The notes under the pieces were generated by a model that saw only the letters and a list, made by a program, of their open reading frames with translations, was not told the DNA's origin and searched no databases. Made by a program: the position numbers and the translations under genes. Shown piece after piece: positions 38,955 to 53,900 of a stretch of 64,000 bases of DNA (position 1 is its first letter; every line of letters starts with the position of its first letter). Source of the DNA: Bugula neritina (Eukaryota; Animalia; Bryozoa); NCBI GenBank assembly GCA_964035545.1, contig OZ037768.1, positions 558,001 to 622,000 of the forward strand. Direction: 5' to 3'.

Positions 38955-41900
38955 TCAGTTGGTAGGGGTGGGAGCAACGGGTGTCCCTTCTATTGTGGTG
39001 TGGTGAGCTATGAATCTGAGTCTAACTTGCAGACTTGTGCGGAGGTTCTTGATCACTTTCTCTACTTCCAGTTTTGGCTCATCTCCCACAAACTTATACT
39101 TTATGTGATAACTGGAAGGACGCAGTTGAGGAATAATACAATGGGACAGATATAGTCACGTGACAGGAGAATGTCACATGGCAGGAGAATGTCCCATGAC
39201 ACAACATAGTCACATGACACAATATAGTCACATGACACAACATAGTCACAAGACAGGAGAAAGTCACATGACAGGAGATAATACAGGAAAGGATACAAGA
39301 AGTCACATATTGAGTCCATGTATTTCAGTTCAGCACCAGCTTTATCAACTTTCTCCAGTATTTCATAGAGTTCTATAGTTAGCTGTAATATAATATAATA
39401 TACAATGTATATAGCTCTATAGTTAGCTGTAATATAATATAATATACAATGTATAGAGTTCTATAGTTAGCTGTAATATAATATAATATACAATGTATAT
39501 AGTTCTATAGTTAGCTGTAATATAATATAATATACAATGTATATAGTTCTATAGTTAGCTGTAATATAATATAATATACAATGTATATAGTTCTATAGTT
39601 AGCTGTAATATAATATAATATACAATGTATATAGTTCTATAGTTAGCTGTAATATAATATAATATACAATGTATATAGTTCTATAGTTAGCTGTAATATA
39701 ATATAATATACAATGTATATAGTTCTATAGTTAGCTGTAATATAACATAATATACAATGTATAGAGTTCTATAGTTAGCTGTAATATAATATACAATGTA
39801 TATAGTTCTATAGTTAGCTGTAATATAATATAATATACAATGTATATAGTTCTATAGTTAGCTGTAATATAATATAATATACAATGTATATAGTTTTTCA
39901 CCTCTACACAACAATATGATCGCTCCTGTTGAAATCTCTGCAAGAATGGACCAATCAGGTGACAGACAAACAGGAACTGTCTCTCTGTTTCAACTACAGG
40001 TTTGACTTGCTCCTTGACGAACCTGAAAACCAACCAAACTACTATCTTAAATAGCATAGATGGGCAGGTAGAATGTGCAGGTAGAATGCGCAGGTAGAAT
40101 GTGCAGGTAGAACGCGCAGGTAGACCGCGCAGGTAGAACGTGCATGTGTAGAATACATATTTAATAAAACATTCAAACTTTCCTTTAATGTTTGTAAACA
40201 GAAATTTACAAAATAATTTGACATTTGGTTAAAACACGTTTTTTAAATCATAGAAACATTTTTCAGCATACAATCTGGCCAACAACATTTCTCCTCGAGT
40301 TAAATGATGGAGAAATGACAAACCTAAGCATGTGCACATGACAGACCTAGGCATGTGGGTGACTGACACAATCCATCTTAACTAATTCATTCAGACATGT
40401 CATGACACATGTAACAGGTGAGTGCCAGTGCTTGCAGACAGACACAGTGTGAGAGAAGTAAGTGTTATACCAATAGATATGTAGACACCCTGCACCCACA
40501 TTTGTTTTCAGTATAATGATTGCAAAATCCGTCTACCAATATATTAATAGCATGCTTTATATATTTCCCTGTTTTGTAAACAAAAATGAAATTTTATGTT
40601 TCTAGTATAAAAATAGAGTCACTCTCAATAAAAAATAAACTGGCTGAAACATGTTTATCTAAAAATAGTATCGACACATAAAATGATTGAAACCAGCCAG
40701 CCCCGAGAGCGCTTCATATGATTAACATACGAGAATATGATTAACATACGAGAGAGTCACAGCCACTGGTTTCATTCACCAGTTTTATTCCCGTGTCAAG
40801 AAAGAAGCAGCCGAAGGTTTGGCTGTTGGCGAGTGGGTGGTGACATCATCGCAGGCACAGTGGGCAGCACCCTCAAATGTCAGCAGCTAGTAATTGTCTA
40901 ATTACTCAAGTATAATAAGGTTTAAGTGAAAAGTCAATAACTGGTATGGGATTAGCACCACCATGCTGATATCTAGGGCAGAGAGTTCAACATTACAAGC
41001 ACCTGCTAGGCCTTGCCACCTGCATCACATGCACAGCCGACAGTGACAGCTAGCCGACATAGCTTTCAATGACGTCAACAGACACAAGACACGATAGATG
41101 AATGTTCAGAGCGCATCTGCCATGAAAAGCAGAGTAGACCTGAGAGGAGCAGGGAATACTTCTAGCTAATGCCATGACGCCATCCGAAGGAGAAGATAGC
41201 GGGGCGTAGTACAAACCCACACAAGAGCTGACTAATCCAACAGTTGAAGTCAAATCTCGCTAATCACCGGTCAATCTGCACATTTTAGCAATTATCAACT
41301 GCAGCAAATATTTCACAGCAAAAAATGTAAAATTATGTAAATCTGTAGTTCGTAATTCTAAGCCCCAGGCCCACACCCAAATATTTTTTGATAGTTTGGA
41401 GCGAGATTTCTCACACCTAATGAAGCTCAGCCAGAATTTACGAAATGGAACAATGCATAAGACTACCAAGAGAAATGGTGAACGTGAGGCATGGAAATGA
41501 GACTTCGGATGAGAAAACTTCTACTTAAAAGTGACACTTTTTGTAAACATATTTATACACAGGGCAAGCCATATTGTGAGAGTACGCTCATACTTGGGGA
41601 TGGTGCTGAGCTGCCCAATGTTGAAATGATGACAGACGATATGAGCCAAGGCTAAGACGTAACTACATCTGTACTCTCTCTGCGACAGAGAACTCTTGGT
41701 GAAGGCCAACGCCTGCAAACAGAATAACCCAATGAAATCAGCCTGTGTAACATAGAACCTGGATGTGGTAGATAATACCAACACAAAATAAATATTTCTA
41801 TATAATAAAATATCTATTTCTACTATAACAAGATATTATGTATAACAAAATATTAAACAAATTAAACAAATATAAACAAACCTAGTAATATTCTCTCTAC

Positions 41901-44900
41901 AAAATCGTGACCTTTGTAAACTGCTGTAGAATTGAAAAGTTGTAATGGTAGAAACATTGAGACCAACTTTCCCAGTGAACACCAAAAATTTCAACATACA
42001 TTTAATAATTTCCTTGTTTTGGAATAAATGCAAGAGTTACTCATAGGAATGAAGATATTATACAAAAACAACAGACAATTACAATAGTGATGGTAAAACA
42101 TCCAACAGGATGTGGTGTGACCAAATAAGCTGGCCCAATGACTTATTAAAACAATATTTATTTTAATTTTCAATGACTAATGAGTAATTGAATTAATTCA
42201 GCTAATGAGTAAGTTTAGAATAAAATTGCTAATCAGCAGGTTTTCAAAATCCATTTACACTTATAATTGATGATTTCACAACAATATGATTAGACTATGC
42301 ATATACTTACACTTATACACTTACACATATCTACTTACACATATCTACTTCCACTTATACATATCTACTTCCACTTATACATATCTACTTACACTTACAC
42401 TTAAACGTATCTACTTACACTTATACACTTAGACATATCTACTTACACTTATACATATCTACTTACACTTACACATATCTACTTACACTTACACATATCT
42501 ACTTACACATATCTACTTACACTTATACACTTACACATACCTACTTACACTTAGACACTTAGACATATATTACACTTACACTTTATTACTATTTCTATCT
42601 TTACACTTTGAGGGCTTTTCTTTTCATAAACTGAATTTCTTTATACAATGCAGGTTGTTCAAAATTTCTCTTACTAGTGATATTTTAAAATTCTAAGGAA
42701 GATTTTTTAAAATGCAAAAGTTGACTGATCAAAATTGACATTTCACAAATAAATAATTTAGACAGAAATGCACCCTCAGGCAGAGAACTCTTACGTCAAA
42801 GGGGTTGACATCGGCAGCATGGGGCATAGTAAGGAAGTCGCTTTCTTGCAGCTCCTTGACTATCAGCTGAAACACCACCTTCCAGTAGGGCTCCGGCAGC
42901 GCAGTGATGATCAGGGCAATGGCATTCATCCACATGGCAAGGGAGGCAGCGGGGATGTGATGCCGCCTACACACACGGATATTGAACAGTGTACCATAGA
43001 ATGTGTTGAGTACATTACACCCATCAACAGGAAGGACTAGATGAGTTGCATATGACACTGAATGTTAAGTTGAGGTCATACGTTTTGGTGTCAGTAACAA
43101 ATAGTAAATTGGGAGAATGTTAACAAATAGTTTTCTTACAATCACAGTGCTTAGGTTCTACTCACAATCACAGTGCTTAGGTTCTATAGTCTACAGCTAG
43201 TATTCACACTACACTTAGTTACTGACCCCCTGGGAAGGAGAGAGCGAGTGTCAGTGACATACGACATTTTAATGAAGAGATCTCAGCTTTGGAGAGGCAG
43301 GCAGGAGAGAAAGTGATAAAGTTGTAAATGTATTAAATTGGAACTGAAGAAGCTAATGATAGGTGTTACAAATGATGAATAATGAGTTTATAAGGGGTGA
43401 ATATATAGTAGCAGATGAGCTAGCAGATGAAGTAGCAGATGAAGTAGCAGATGAAGGAGTAGCATTATTGACTAGACCCTGGAGATCCCATTGGGCCTTG
43501 GAGATCTCCCTGGGCCTTGGAGATCTCACTGGGCCTTGGACAGCTTACTGAGAACTGACAGTTGCGAGACATGCAATAATTTACTCACATCAATACTGTC
43601 AACCAAATAAAAAGACACTATTTTATTATTCCAGTATTTGGCAAGCAACTAGGATATTAGTATTCAGTTAAGTGACTTGGGACTACCATGTAAGGTGATA
43701 CAGCATTTATAGCTAGTCTCGCCTCTGTATTGACGTCACTATAGCCAGCACATTAGACAGACAAATGGACAGACAGACAGACAGATATGTTTTATATCTA
43801 CAATTGTAGAGATACAGAGCCTACCAACTTAGTCTTTAGCAAACCTATTTTAAAGTGAATTTCAGCTTACTTTCAAATTAAATTAAAGCATCAAAGCATC
43901 TTAAAGTATACAGAGAGAGAGAGGGGGGAGAGAGAGAGAGGGAGAGAGTGAGAGAGAGAGAGGGGGAGAGAGGGAGAGAGGGAGAGAGGGAGAGAGGGAG
44001 AGAGGGAGAGAGGGAGAGAGGGAGAGGGGGGGGGAGAAAGACAGGTTTACCAGCTGAATATGATGTCTATCAGCCCAGCAGCCACTTGCTCTCCGGCGAT
44101 AGGTAGAGCAAGGAACTCAGCGCAGGTTGAGTAGAGGACGTGGGCGGGAGCGCTGGTGAACTCCGTGAACCTCCAATCTACATCTAGAAGTTTCTCGACC
44201 TCCACATCCGTCATCAGTAATCTTGCAGAAGTCAAAGAAATAACTGAGTGTGTGATGCCTTACACATAAAGCTAATGATTCAACTTGACATTCTACTTCT
44301 CAACTTTTAGTAAAATATCACTGCAAATCCAAACAGCAACGAGTTGGCAGCGAATCAATGGTAGATCAGCAGCCAACGCCAACGAGTCGCCTAAACTCAG
44401 ACAAAAGAGGAAACAGCTGAGCACTAGAATATATTTGTACCGACATGACTTCACTCCTGTGTAAAAGCACATTGTTTCCTGTTAACCAATGAAATAATGC
44501 AATGCCAAATCTTGAAACTCGCCAGAACAAGCAAGATGCATTCTTCAAGTTACGTAAGTCATTGTACAGTTGCAAAATGATGACAAAACAAATAAAACTG
44601 TAGTTGAAATGTTTATTACAAAATCAGTGAAAAAGAATTTAATGTGTAAGACAATGTTAGACTTGAGAGAAACAATAGTGCTTCACCAGAGGATAATCCT
44701 AGGATAACCACAGGTAAAGGGTCACAGAGCTTAAGAAGAGCTGCACCTGCAGAGACAGCTGGTGTCTTATCTCACAATGTCAAGGACACAACACGCGTAT
44801 CGGCCAACCTTCAACTGTAACAACTACTCTTCAGGACTTCCTGTGGAAGAGTCAGGAGAAGCCCAGAAGGACGATACAGGATGACGTGGTGACTAATGGA

Positions 44901-47900
44901 CTGACTGCAACTAGCAGAAGATTAGCTGAGCAATCTACTCACATGGTAAGAGCAGAATCATCTGTCAGTAACCTTGGACAAAGTTACTACCAGTCAATAA
45001 TCTTTGTGGTCAGAGCTTGATTAATAATTTTCAATAATCATGTGACAGTCATGTGACAGGAAGACCGAGGCATTGTGCACTGCATGATATTAATGAAAGA
45101 TAAATTCAAGTCTAAGTGACAACAGTGTCAAATGTAAAACTCAATTTAACTTCAGAAGTATAGGACATATTTTATAACAATTTACATCACTATTTACAAA
45201 ATCATCAAATGTAATAAATTCAAATGGAATGAGGCTAAACAATTCGAGTGGTCTGCATTCAACACATGACGGCAGCATTGCTAGTTCCAACCATGAGAAT
45301 GAGTATCAGTTCTAAGCATGCTGTGCTGATGGAATAGAAAATAGATCAACACATGAACTCAAGTGTCACATAGCCAGAAACCAGTTTGAAGAGGAGGAGA
45401 GGGGAGGGAGGGGCTACTTAGTGGTTAGAAACTCAGATTCTAAGCTTTTCAACACAGGGCCTAGAAATTTAAATGATTTAAAAGAAATTTTCTCAGTCCC
45501 AAAATATGGCGCTCCTCCGATTATATAATATTAGATAGTCAGATAGAATTGGCAAACAATAAAATGATGGGATATCTGTTAGAAGATGCTCATCAGCCAT
45601 GCCATGCCACCAACACTTTCTTGCCTCATAAACAAAACACTTGGAAGGTGCCAGAAAAAAACAACTGAGTATTTCCAACGCAGAAACTTGTGCCAAAAAG
45701 TGAGATTGAAACACCTGCAGCTTTATGACTCAATAGAATATAACATGTCAATATATCTGTAATACTATTAGATAAGTTATAATATAACATGTCAATATAC
45801 CTGTAATACTACTAGATAAGTTATAATATAACATGTCAATATGTCTGTAATACTAATAGATAAGTTATAATATAACATGTCAATATATCTGTAATACTAT
45901 TAGATAAGTTATAATATAACATGTCAATATATCTGTAATACAACTAGATAAGTTATAGTATAACATGTCAATATATCTGTAATACTACTAGATAAGTTAT
46001 AATACAACATGTGAATATATCTGTAATACTACTAGATAAGTTATAGTATAACATGTCAATATACCTGTAATACTACTAGATAAGTTATAGTATAACATGT
46101 CAACATATCTGTAATACTACTAGATAAGTTATAATATAGCATATAAATACTGTTTGTAATACAACTTATTGTAGACTACATGACACCATGAACTCAGTGT
46201 AAAGGATATCATCCACCAGACACTTGACTCTCTGGAAGTAGTAGTTGGCGGGTGGGGTCCACTCCTCCTCAGAGGGCACATGACTCTTGAATTCATTAGA
46301 AATCACCAAATCTATCGGCAACTTTTCGCAATGCCCTAGAATATAGGAAACCATGAATATACTATATAATAAGGTTATGAATCATAACTGCAGACGTCAT
46401 ATGGTCATGTGGTGAAGACTTTACTGTGTAATCAGGTATAATAGTTGCAGTATTGCGGTCACGCGTGCCTCTGCAATAACAACCCTGGATTCACACAATT
46501 CTATGGTTCATGCTAATTCTTAACCCGTCAACAACAGTAAGGACATGGTCACCACCTACACAACAGACACAACTACACACTGCAGTATACAGCATAAGCC
46601 ATGCTACAATAGATGTACATTTCTATCCATAGAGTGCAGATACTACAAACCCTACAAAGTGTATCAGTAGTGTTCATGCATTATGAACTTGGATGTGAAG
46701 ATATTTCAAGAAGCATTGCGCTGTTGCGTTGTTATAGTGCATACGTACCAGATGCTCACATGTTCAAATATGGCTTAAGAATAGATACATTGATAGTTGG
46801 TAATAGAATGTATGTAACATTATTATATATGCATTCATATGAATGAACAATTAACTTTAAACCACTCGATATGTTGATGCTCGAGCATGCAGGACTGAAG
46901 GCTGTATAATTCAACCATCACTGTTCATGATATATCACTGTTGGTTATACATCACTGGTAGTTATATCTCACTGTTAGTTATACATCACTGCTAGTTATA
47001 TCTCACTGTTAGTTGTATGTCACTGCTAGTTATATGCTGGAGGTTTCTTGAGTTGTAATCAACTGATTAATAGTTAATAATTTTTTACAGGATAACCGCA
47101 AGCTGTAACCAGAGTTGATAAGTCCTGACAACTTCATAACTAATAATTAATTGTCCATCATTCAAAATCATAGATTGAGCAAAAACATCGTAGCATTTAC
47201 CATTCCTCATCTGTACAGTGTTACAGGGCTAAGTATCTCAATACTAAGCGCTATAGCTCTCCTTATCTGTACAGTGTTACAGTGCTAAGCATCTCATACT
47301 AAGCGCTATAGCTCTCCTCATCTGTACAGTGCTACAGTGCTAAGCATCTCATACTAAGTGCTATAGCTCTCCTCATCTGTACAGTGCTACAGTGCTAAGC
47401 ATCTCATACTAAGTGCTATAGCTCTCCTCATCTGTACAGTGTTACAGTGCTAAGTATCTCAATACTAAGTGCTATAGCTCTCCTCATCTGTACAGTGTTA
47501 CAGTGCTAAGCATCTCATACTAAGTGCTATAGCAGTAGTGATTGATAAAGTGTTGCAGTGCCTTGCTGCTGTGGAGGCACCAATCAAGGTGCCATCTGTC
47601 TCCATATATTCAATTCTCGCCACCTCCTTGCCAAATCAACTCATCCAAGGAGACAAAGAAAACAAACTTCACGGTTGGTAATTGAATTGGCTCTGCCGAG
47701 TTGTAAATAATTGCAGAGAAGAGGCGTAGGAAGTTGTTGACAGACCTGTTTCCTGTTGCAACGCCTAGCAGAGTTTCCTTCCATCTATGAAGTCATAAGA
47801 TAGAGGCAAGTGGCCACCTACGAGCTGTCACAGCTGTGGAGATCTGCTCCTTTCCAAGACATGTGCGGAGGGAGAGATTAGAGGTGCGGAGGGAGAGATT

Positions 47901-50900
47901 AAAGGTGTGATATCATTATCTTACATTTACATGAAGTTGAAGAGAGGATGGAGGGAATATATGTGACGGCAAGAGATGCTAATATGTAACATGCAGCCAA
48001 TAGTGTGATAATGGTAACTACTCTTGGTGCTGAGAGGTAAAGATATGTGGTAACAGGACCTACCCAGAATGCCCAGCACAAGTTTCTTTTTGACTGCCTT
48101 TCTATCTTGGAGAGTCTTGTAGTAGTAATGGAGGGTGTTGTAGAGATAGGTCACTGGTTTATCTACACATGAAATATGTATTATATATTATATATAATAT
48201 ATAATATATACAATATATATAACATAACATATAATATATTATTACTAGAATGTAGTAATAAATTATAGAGAGCTCTGTAACTTCTATGTGGTGCCAAAAC
48301 CCTGACAGAATTAGAAATACGTGTATTTTATCAGATTATTGTTCCAAATGAATGACACGAAAAACATGAATGAAAATAGAAAAGCTGTACGTCAGATAGA
48401 ATTGAGTGGAACTAAAATAATGAAAATCAGTAAAATACATCAAATCAACAACAGTTAACCATCTCCAGTAGAAGCTATTTTAAAGGCACCAGCCATGACA
48501 CATGTACAGAACAGAAAGCACCAACCATGATACTTATACAGAACAGAGAGAACCAACCATGACACATGTACAGGACAGAGAGCACCAACCATCATACTTG
48601 TACAGAACAGAGAGAACCAACCATGATATTTGTACAGGACAGAGAGCTCCTTCAGAATCGTGTCCAGGGATTTCTCCGAATTCTGACCAAGTTTAAGGCT
48701 CTCTATGAGTCTGTGAATGACGACGTCAATAACCTAAGATCAGAGTACATATGGTAGAGCTCAGTCTAAACACACTGAGAGTGAGCATTACTTTGATAGA
48801 ATACAAAAAACTACATTGAAACTAACAATTTTTTACCTTCTTACATGTACACATTTTGCCGGTATCTATCTTTATGCGCATAGTTTTACCTGTACGCAAT
48901 ATGAGGCTTTCACAATCCTTTAAGCAACAATAAAAGATAATTAAGAAGTAAATAAATTACCAATGAGGTTCCACAACACAGATAATCCTACAGTCCAAGG
49001 GATTAGCCGTAATTGCATGTCACATTCTTGGAATACCAAAAGCTACCAAAACAACAGCTAGTATATTCCAGTGCGCTTTTAATTGAAGTAAATAATTTTT
49101 TTAGAAACAAAGTCAGGTGGCTTTAAGCAGTGAGAAGAGAGTAGAGAAGAGAAGAGGGTAGAAAAGAGGGTAAAGAAGAGGGTAGAGAAGAGGGTAGAGA
49201 AGAGGGTAGAGAGGAGGGTAGAGAAGAGGGTAGAGAGGAGGGTAGAGGTGAGGGTAGAGGAGAGGGTAGAGAAGAGAGTAAAGAAGAGGGTAGAGAGGAG
49301 GGTAGAGAGGAGGGTAGAGAAGAGGGTAGAGAAGAGGGTAAAGGTGAGGGTAGAGAAGAAGGTAGAGAGAAGGGTAGAGAGGAGGGTAGAGAAGAGGATA
49401 GAGAAGAGGGTAGAGAAGAGGGTAGAGGAGAGGGTAGAGAGGAGGGTAGAGGTGAGGGTAGAGAAGAGGGTAGAGAAGAGAAGAGGGTAGAGAGGAGGGT
49501 AGAGAGGAGGGTAGAGAAGAGAAGAGGGTAGAGAAGAGGGTAAAGGTGAGGGTAGAGAAGAAGGTAGAGAGAAGGGTAGAGAGGAGGGTAGAGAAGAGGA
49601 TAGAGAAGAGGGTAGAGCAGAGGGTAGAGGAGAGGGTAGAGAGGAGGGTAGAGAGGAGAGTAAAGGAGAGGGCAGAGAAGAGGGTAGAGGAGAGGGTAGA
49701 GAGGAGGGTAGAGAGGAGGGTAGAGAAGAGGGTAGAGAAGAGGGTAGAGAAGAGGGTAGAGAAAGGGGTAGAGAAGAGGGTAGAGGTGAGGGTAGAGAAG
49801 AGGGTAGAGAGGAGGGTAGAGAAGAGGGTAGAGAAGAGGGCATACTTACTGGAATCATTCGGAGGCAAATGTTATCAAAGTAGGTGGGTAGATACTGTGG
49901 ACTAGCAGTAACTGCAGACATATTGTTAGCTTGCAGTATTCCTTCATAAAATATATACTCTGGATATTTCTGTAACAAAAACACCACAAAACGTATTGCA
50001 AGTTTTTGCAATGGTCGGATCTTTAGCCATGAAAGTTGAATCTGGATAAATTTATATACATATCAGAATTATCTTGAATAAAAAATAACTGAAGTGTGTT
50101 TCTATAAATTGGTAGAGTTTTGATGCTAAATACCTGGTAAATACATTATAGCTTTCAACCCATATAAATACAAAAACTATATAATTATTTTTTTTACATC
50201 CACTCACCACTGGGCGGGAAATATTAAAAAAACCACACCCACCTTAACTTGACCACACCCACTCCAACGTGACCACAATCACATGACTACTACTACTACT
50301 GCGACTACAACCACATTATAGATGATACACCTAAACACCCATTTACTGTCATTTCTACAAACAAGAGTTTGTGACTTCAACCCAAGTGAGCACATATAAC
50401 ATCTTAGAATTAAACAGTTTGTATACAAAACATGTTTTAATCTATCACTGCAGCCAATACACAATGAGACTGGTTATAGAAAAGAATAAAATATAAAATA
50501 ATATAGTACAATATAACATAATATAATAAAACATAAAATAATAGAATATAACATAATATAATACAATATAGTATAGTGTAAAGGAGAGGGATGTGCTCTA
50601 GTAAAGGGGGCGGGATGTGCCCTAGTAAAGGGGGCGGGACATAAACGCACCGTATGGTAGGAAACATGACTCTCAAAGTAGCCCGAGGACCTCCAATACT
50701 GAGCTGGCGCCGTGCTAGTGAACTCTTTCACTCGGTCCAAGAAGTTGTTGTCTATGAGCAGTTTGATGATGGTGAAGAGACACACCTGACAATCCTTCGC
50801 ATCAAACGTCCTTAGACTCTGCAAGACGGTAACAGCTAAGTAATGTTCTAATTATAATTGGCAAAAAACATTAACCGTCATTAGGGGGTTTACCTAACAC

Positions 50901-53900
50901 TTATCACAAGTCCATTTAGTATTATGTAACTGTTTGCTATGCAACCAAGTGGTTGTGGTAAAGATGTGATGATTAGGCAGGCTTTGATGTTGAGAGATTT
51001 CATGCTGTCTTAAACCAATTGCTGTTTAGATTCTAACTAACAACAATTTAATCTTTTCTGATAAAAACTGTATCATTAACATCATCGCCATTTCTTAAAT
51101 AATCTCCTGATTTAGTGGATAAACACCTATCAGATTTAGCTGATTTTGGCGTTAATTATTTTGGTTTAATTAAGATATTTAATTTGAAACTCTAACAAGC
51201 ATGAGATTAGCAAATGTGATATAAGATTAGCTTCTCAGGGCGGCAGGAAATATAGAGAGAGACAGCGCAATAGCCTTCCAAACAATCTTGAAGAGAATAT
51301 GGGTAAAGCAGAGGCTATAAAATAAATTTTATAATGTACTTTAATTTTGAAATAAAATTCCATCTATGTCTAGCGCTTGAAGAAAGTATGTTTGAAAGCT
51401 ACATTCGTCATCAAATGAAATATGAACAAAACTAAAATAAATATAATGCAGCACAAGATTTGCAGAGCTGAGTTAGGCTAAGAGTCACAGACAACCTATA
51501 GGAGGGGCAACAAGTACGGCCCCACATTGTTGCCAGCTAGGTGATTGAGCACGTGAGTAGGCCGGGTTTAAAATACCACACTTAGTAATATATTAGATTT
51601 AACATGACAGCTTATTAGATATATCGCTCACGCAAACTTCAGCTATGTTAGCACACTTGCTCAATTGCACGTACACAAATGTTAAAGTATTTAGCAAATC
51701 GTGTGCATTAACAAAATCGTCACATTTCCGTTACAATATATAAATCTGCACTTGGTGGGACAGATGTAGAGGTGGGACAGATGTAGAGGTGGGAGAGGTA
51801 GATGTAGAGGTGGGACAGGTAGATGTAAAGGTGGGAGAGGTGGGACAGGTGTAGAAGTGACACAGGTAAATGTAGAGATGGGAGAGGTAGATGTAGAGGT
51901 GGGACAGGTAGATGTAGAGGTGGGAGAGGTAGATGTAGAGGTGGGAGAGGTAGATGTAGAGGTGAAATAGTAAACATACAAGACAGAGAATAAACCTATC
52001 CAGTGTGAAGATATGGTAGTCCCATATCATGGCCTTCAGAGAGTCAGTACATTGTAGAAATGGCTGCTTCGTCTGGCAAGATTCCAACTGACTCGCTAAA
52101 TAGTCACAGAACTTCCTGAGGTGAAGACCCAATGCTTTAGGACCAATAGCTTCTAGCACTCTGCATTTATATATAACATATATTATATATGATATATAAC
52201 ATATATTATATATCATGTAATAATATATATTATATATTATGTAATAACATATATTAAATATTATGTAATAACATATATTATATATCATGTAATAACAAAT
52301 ATTATATATTATATATAACATATAATATTATATAATATATAATATGTCCTATAAAGCAAGTATTGAGATGGTATCCAGTGCTAGGAATTACACACAAAGC
52401 ACCATCTCCAAGTATCCTTCCTAATAACTGATTTGGAAGCTGTTGAATCATAGTAAATCTTTAGTTTTGCTGAACTGAAAATTAGGCAGCTACTCGAAAA
52501 AACAATATCACAAAACATATTGTCTTTCATTTGTGTATTATAGTATTTTCCTTTTTCCGTTTTCTCTGGAAAAGTTGAAAGCACGAACTGAAAACGGGAC
52601 ACCATTCAACACTCACCCTCATGGCATGCAACCAATAACAGAGAGGAACAATCCCAGCAACTCAATTATTCAAGCAATGTACAAAGGACACATGATGCGA
52701 AAATAATAGCCCAGTTACCATAATTCATAATGAAATTAATGTATCACTTCCTTACTTGTAGGCTGTGTGCTTTATAGGGGTGTGGGTCATCACGCACCTC
52801 CACATCACGCTAAAACAAAAGCGGTAATTGAACTAGAAGAGTTACAATTCGACAAGGCATTAGATTTACATAGTGAACAAATATGCACTTCTTAAGCTCT
52901 CAGTAGGTAAATTGTATACAAGATTAGCCAGTCTCTGACCAAAGGAATGCACCTAGATAGTAGTACCGGGCCTGTGATAGTAGTACCGGGCCTGTGATAG
53001 TAGTACTGGGCCTGTGAGAGTAGTACCGGGCCGGTGATAGTAGTACCGGGCCTATGATAGTAGTACCCCGGCCTGTGAGAGTAGTACCGGGCCTGTGAGA
53101 GTAGTACTGGGCCTGTGATAGTAGTACCGGGCCTGTGATAGTAGTACCGGGCCTGTGAGAGTAGTACCGGGCCGGTGATAGTAGTACCGGGCCTGTGATA
53201 GTAGTACCGGGCCTGTGAGAGTAGTACCCCGGCCTGTGAGAGTAGTACCGGGCCTGTGATACTAGTACCGGCCTATAGTAGTGGTACCGGGCCTATGGGA
53301 GTAGTACCGGGCCTGTGATAGTAGTACCGGGCCTATAGTAGTGGTAGATATACAGTACGTGTAGATATACAAATGTGTAGATATACAGTATGTGTAGATA
53401 TACAGTACGTGTAGATATACAGTACGTGTAGATATACAGTACGTGTAGATATACAGTACGTGTAGATATACAGTACGTGTAGATATACAGTACGTGTAGA
53501 TATACAGTATGTGTGTAGATATACTGTACGTGTAGAGGCACCTACCACAGAAAGAGCGGTCGCTCAGAAGATCTGGAGAAATGTGCGACAGCGCTGTCAA
53601 CATCCGTCATACCTGTCAGCATATAGTCAGCATACAGTGAGAATAGAGGTGTAACACAACACATTGTAATATTAAACATACAGCATGTGATAGATGCCCT
53701 ATGCAGTGTACATGAATTCATCAAGAGAGTTTCTCTCCAGTTTACCAGACTGGGTGGGAATCCCCAGTTTACCAGAGTAGGCCGGAAGATACTTATCTCA
53801 AATCCGTCTGAGAGACACGCGACCTAACACAATGTTTCGAGTTGAACAATCACAATGTTTCGAGTTACACAATCGCAATGTTCTGAGTGCCACTAGATGG

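Noticed and set aside
52381-52605. ORF as a MED23 exon
   Set aside because: Would create TGA at the next junction. Exon 52809-52756 fits both phase and homology.
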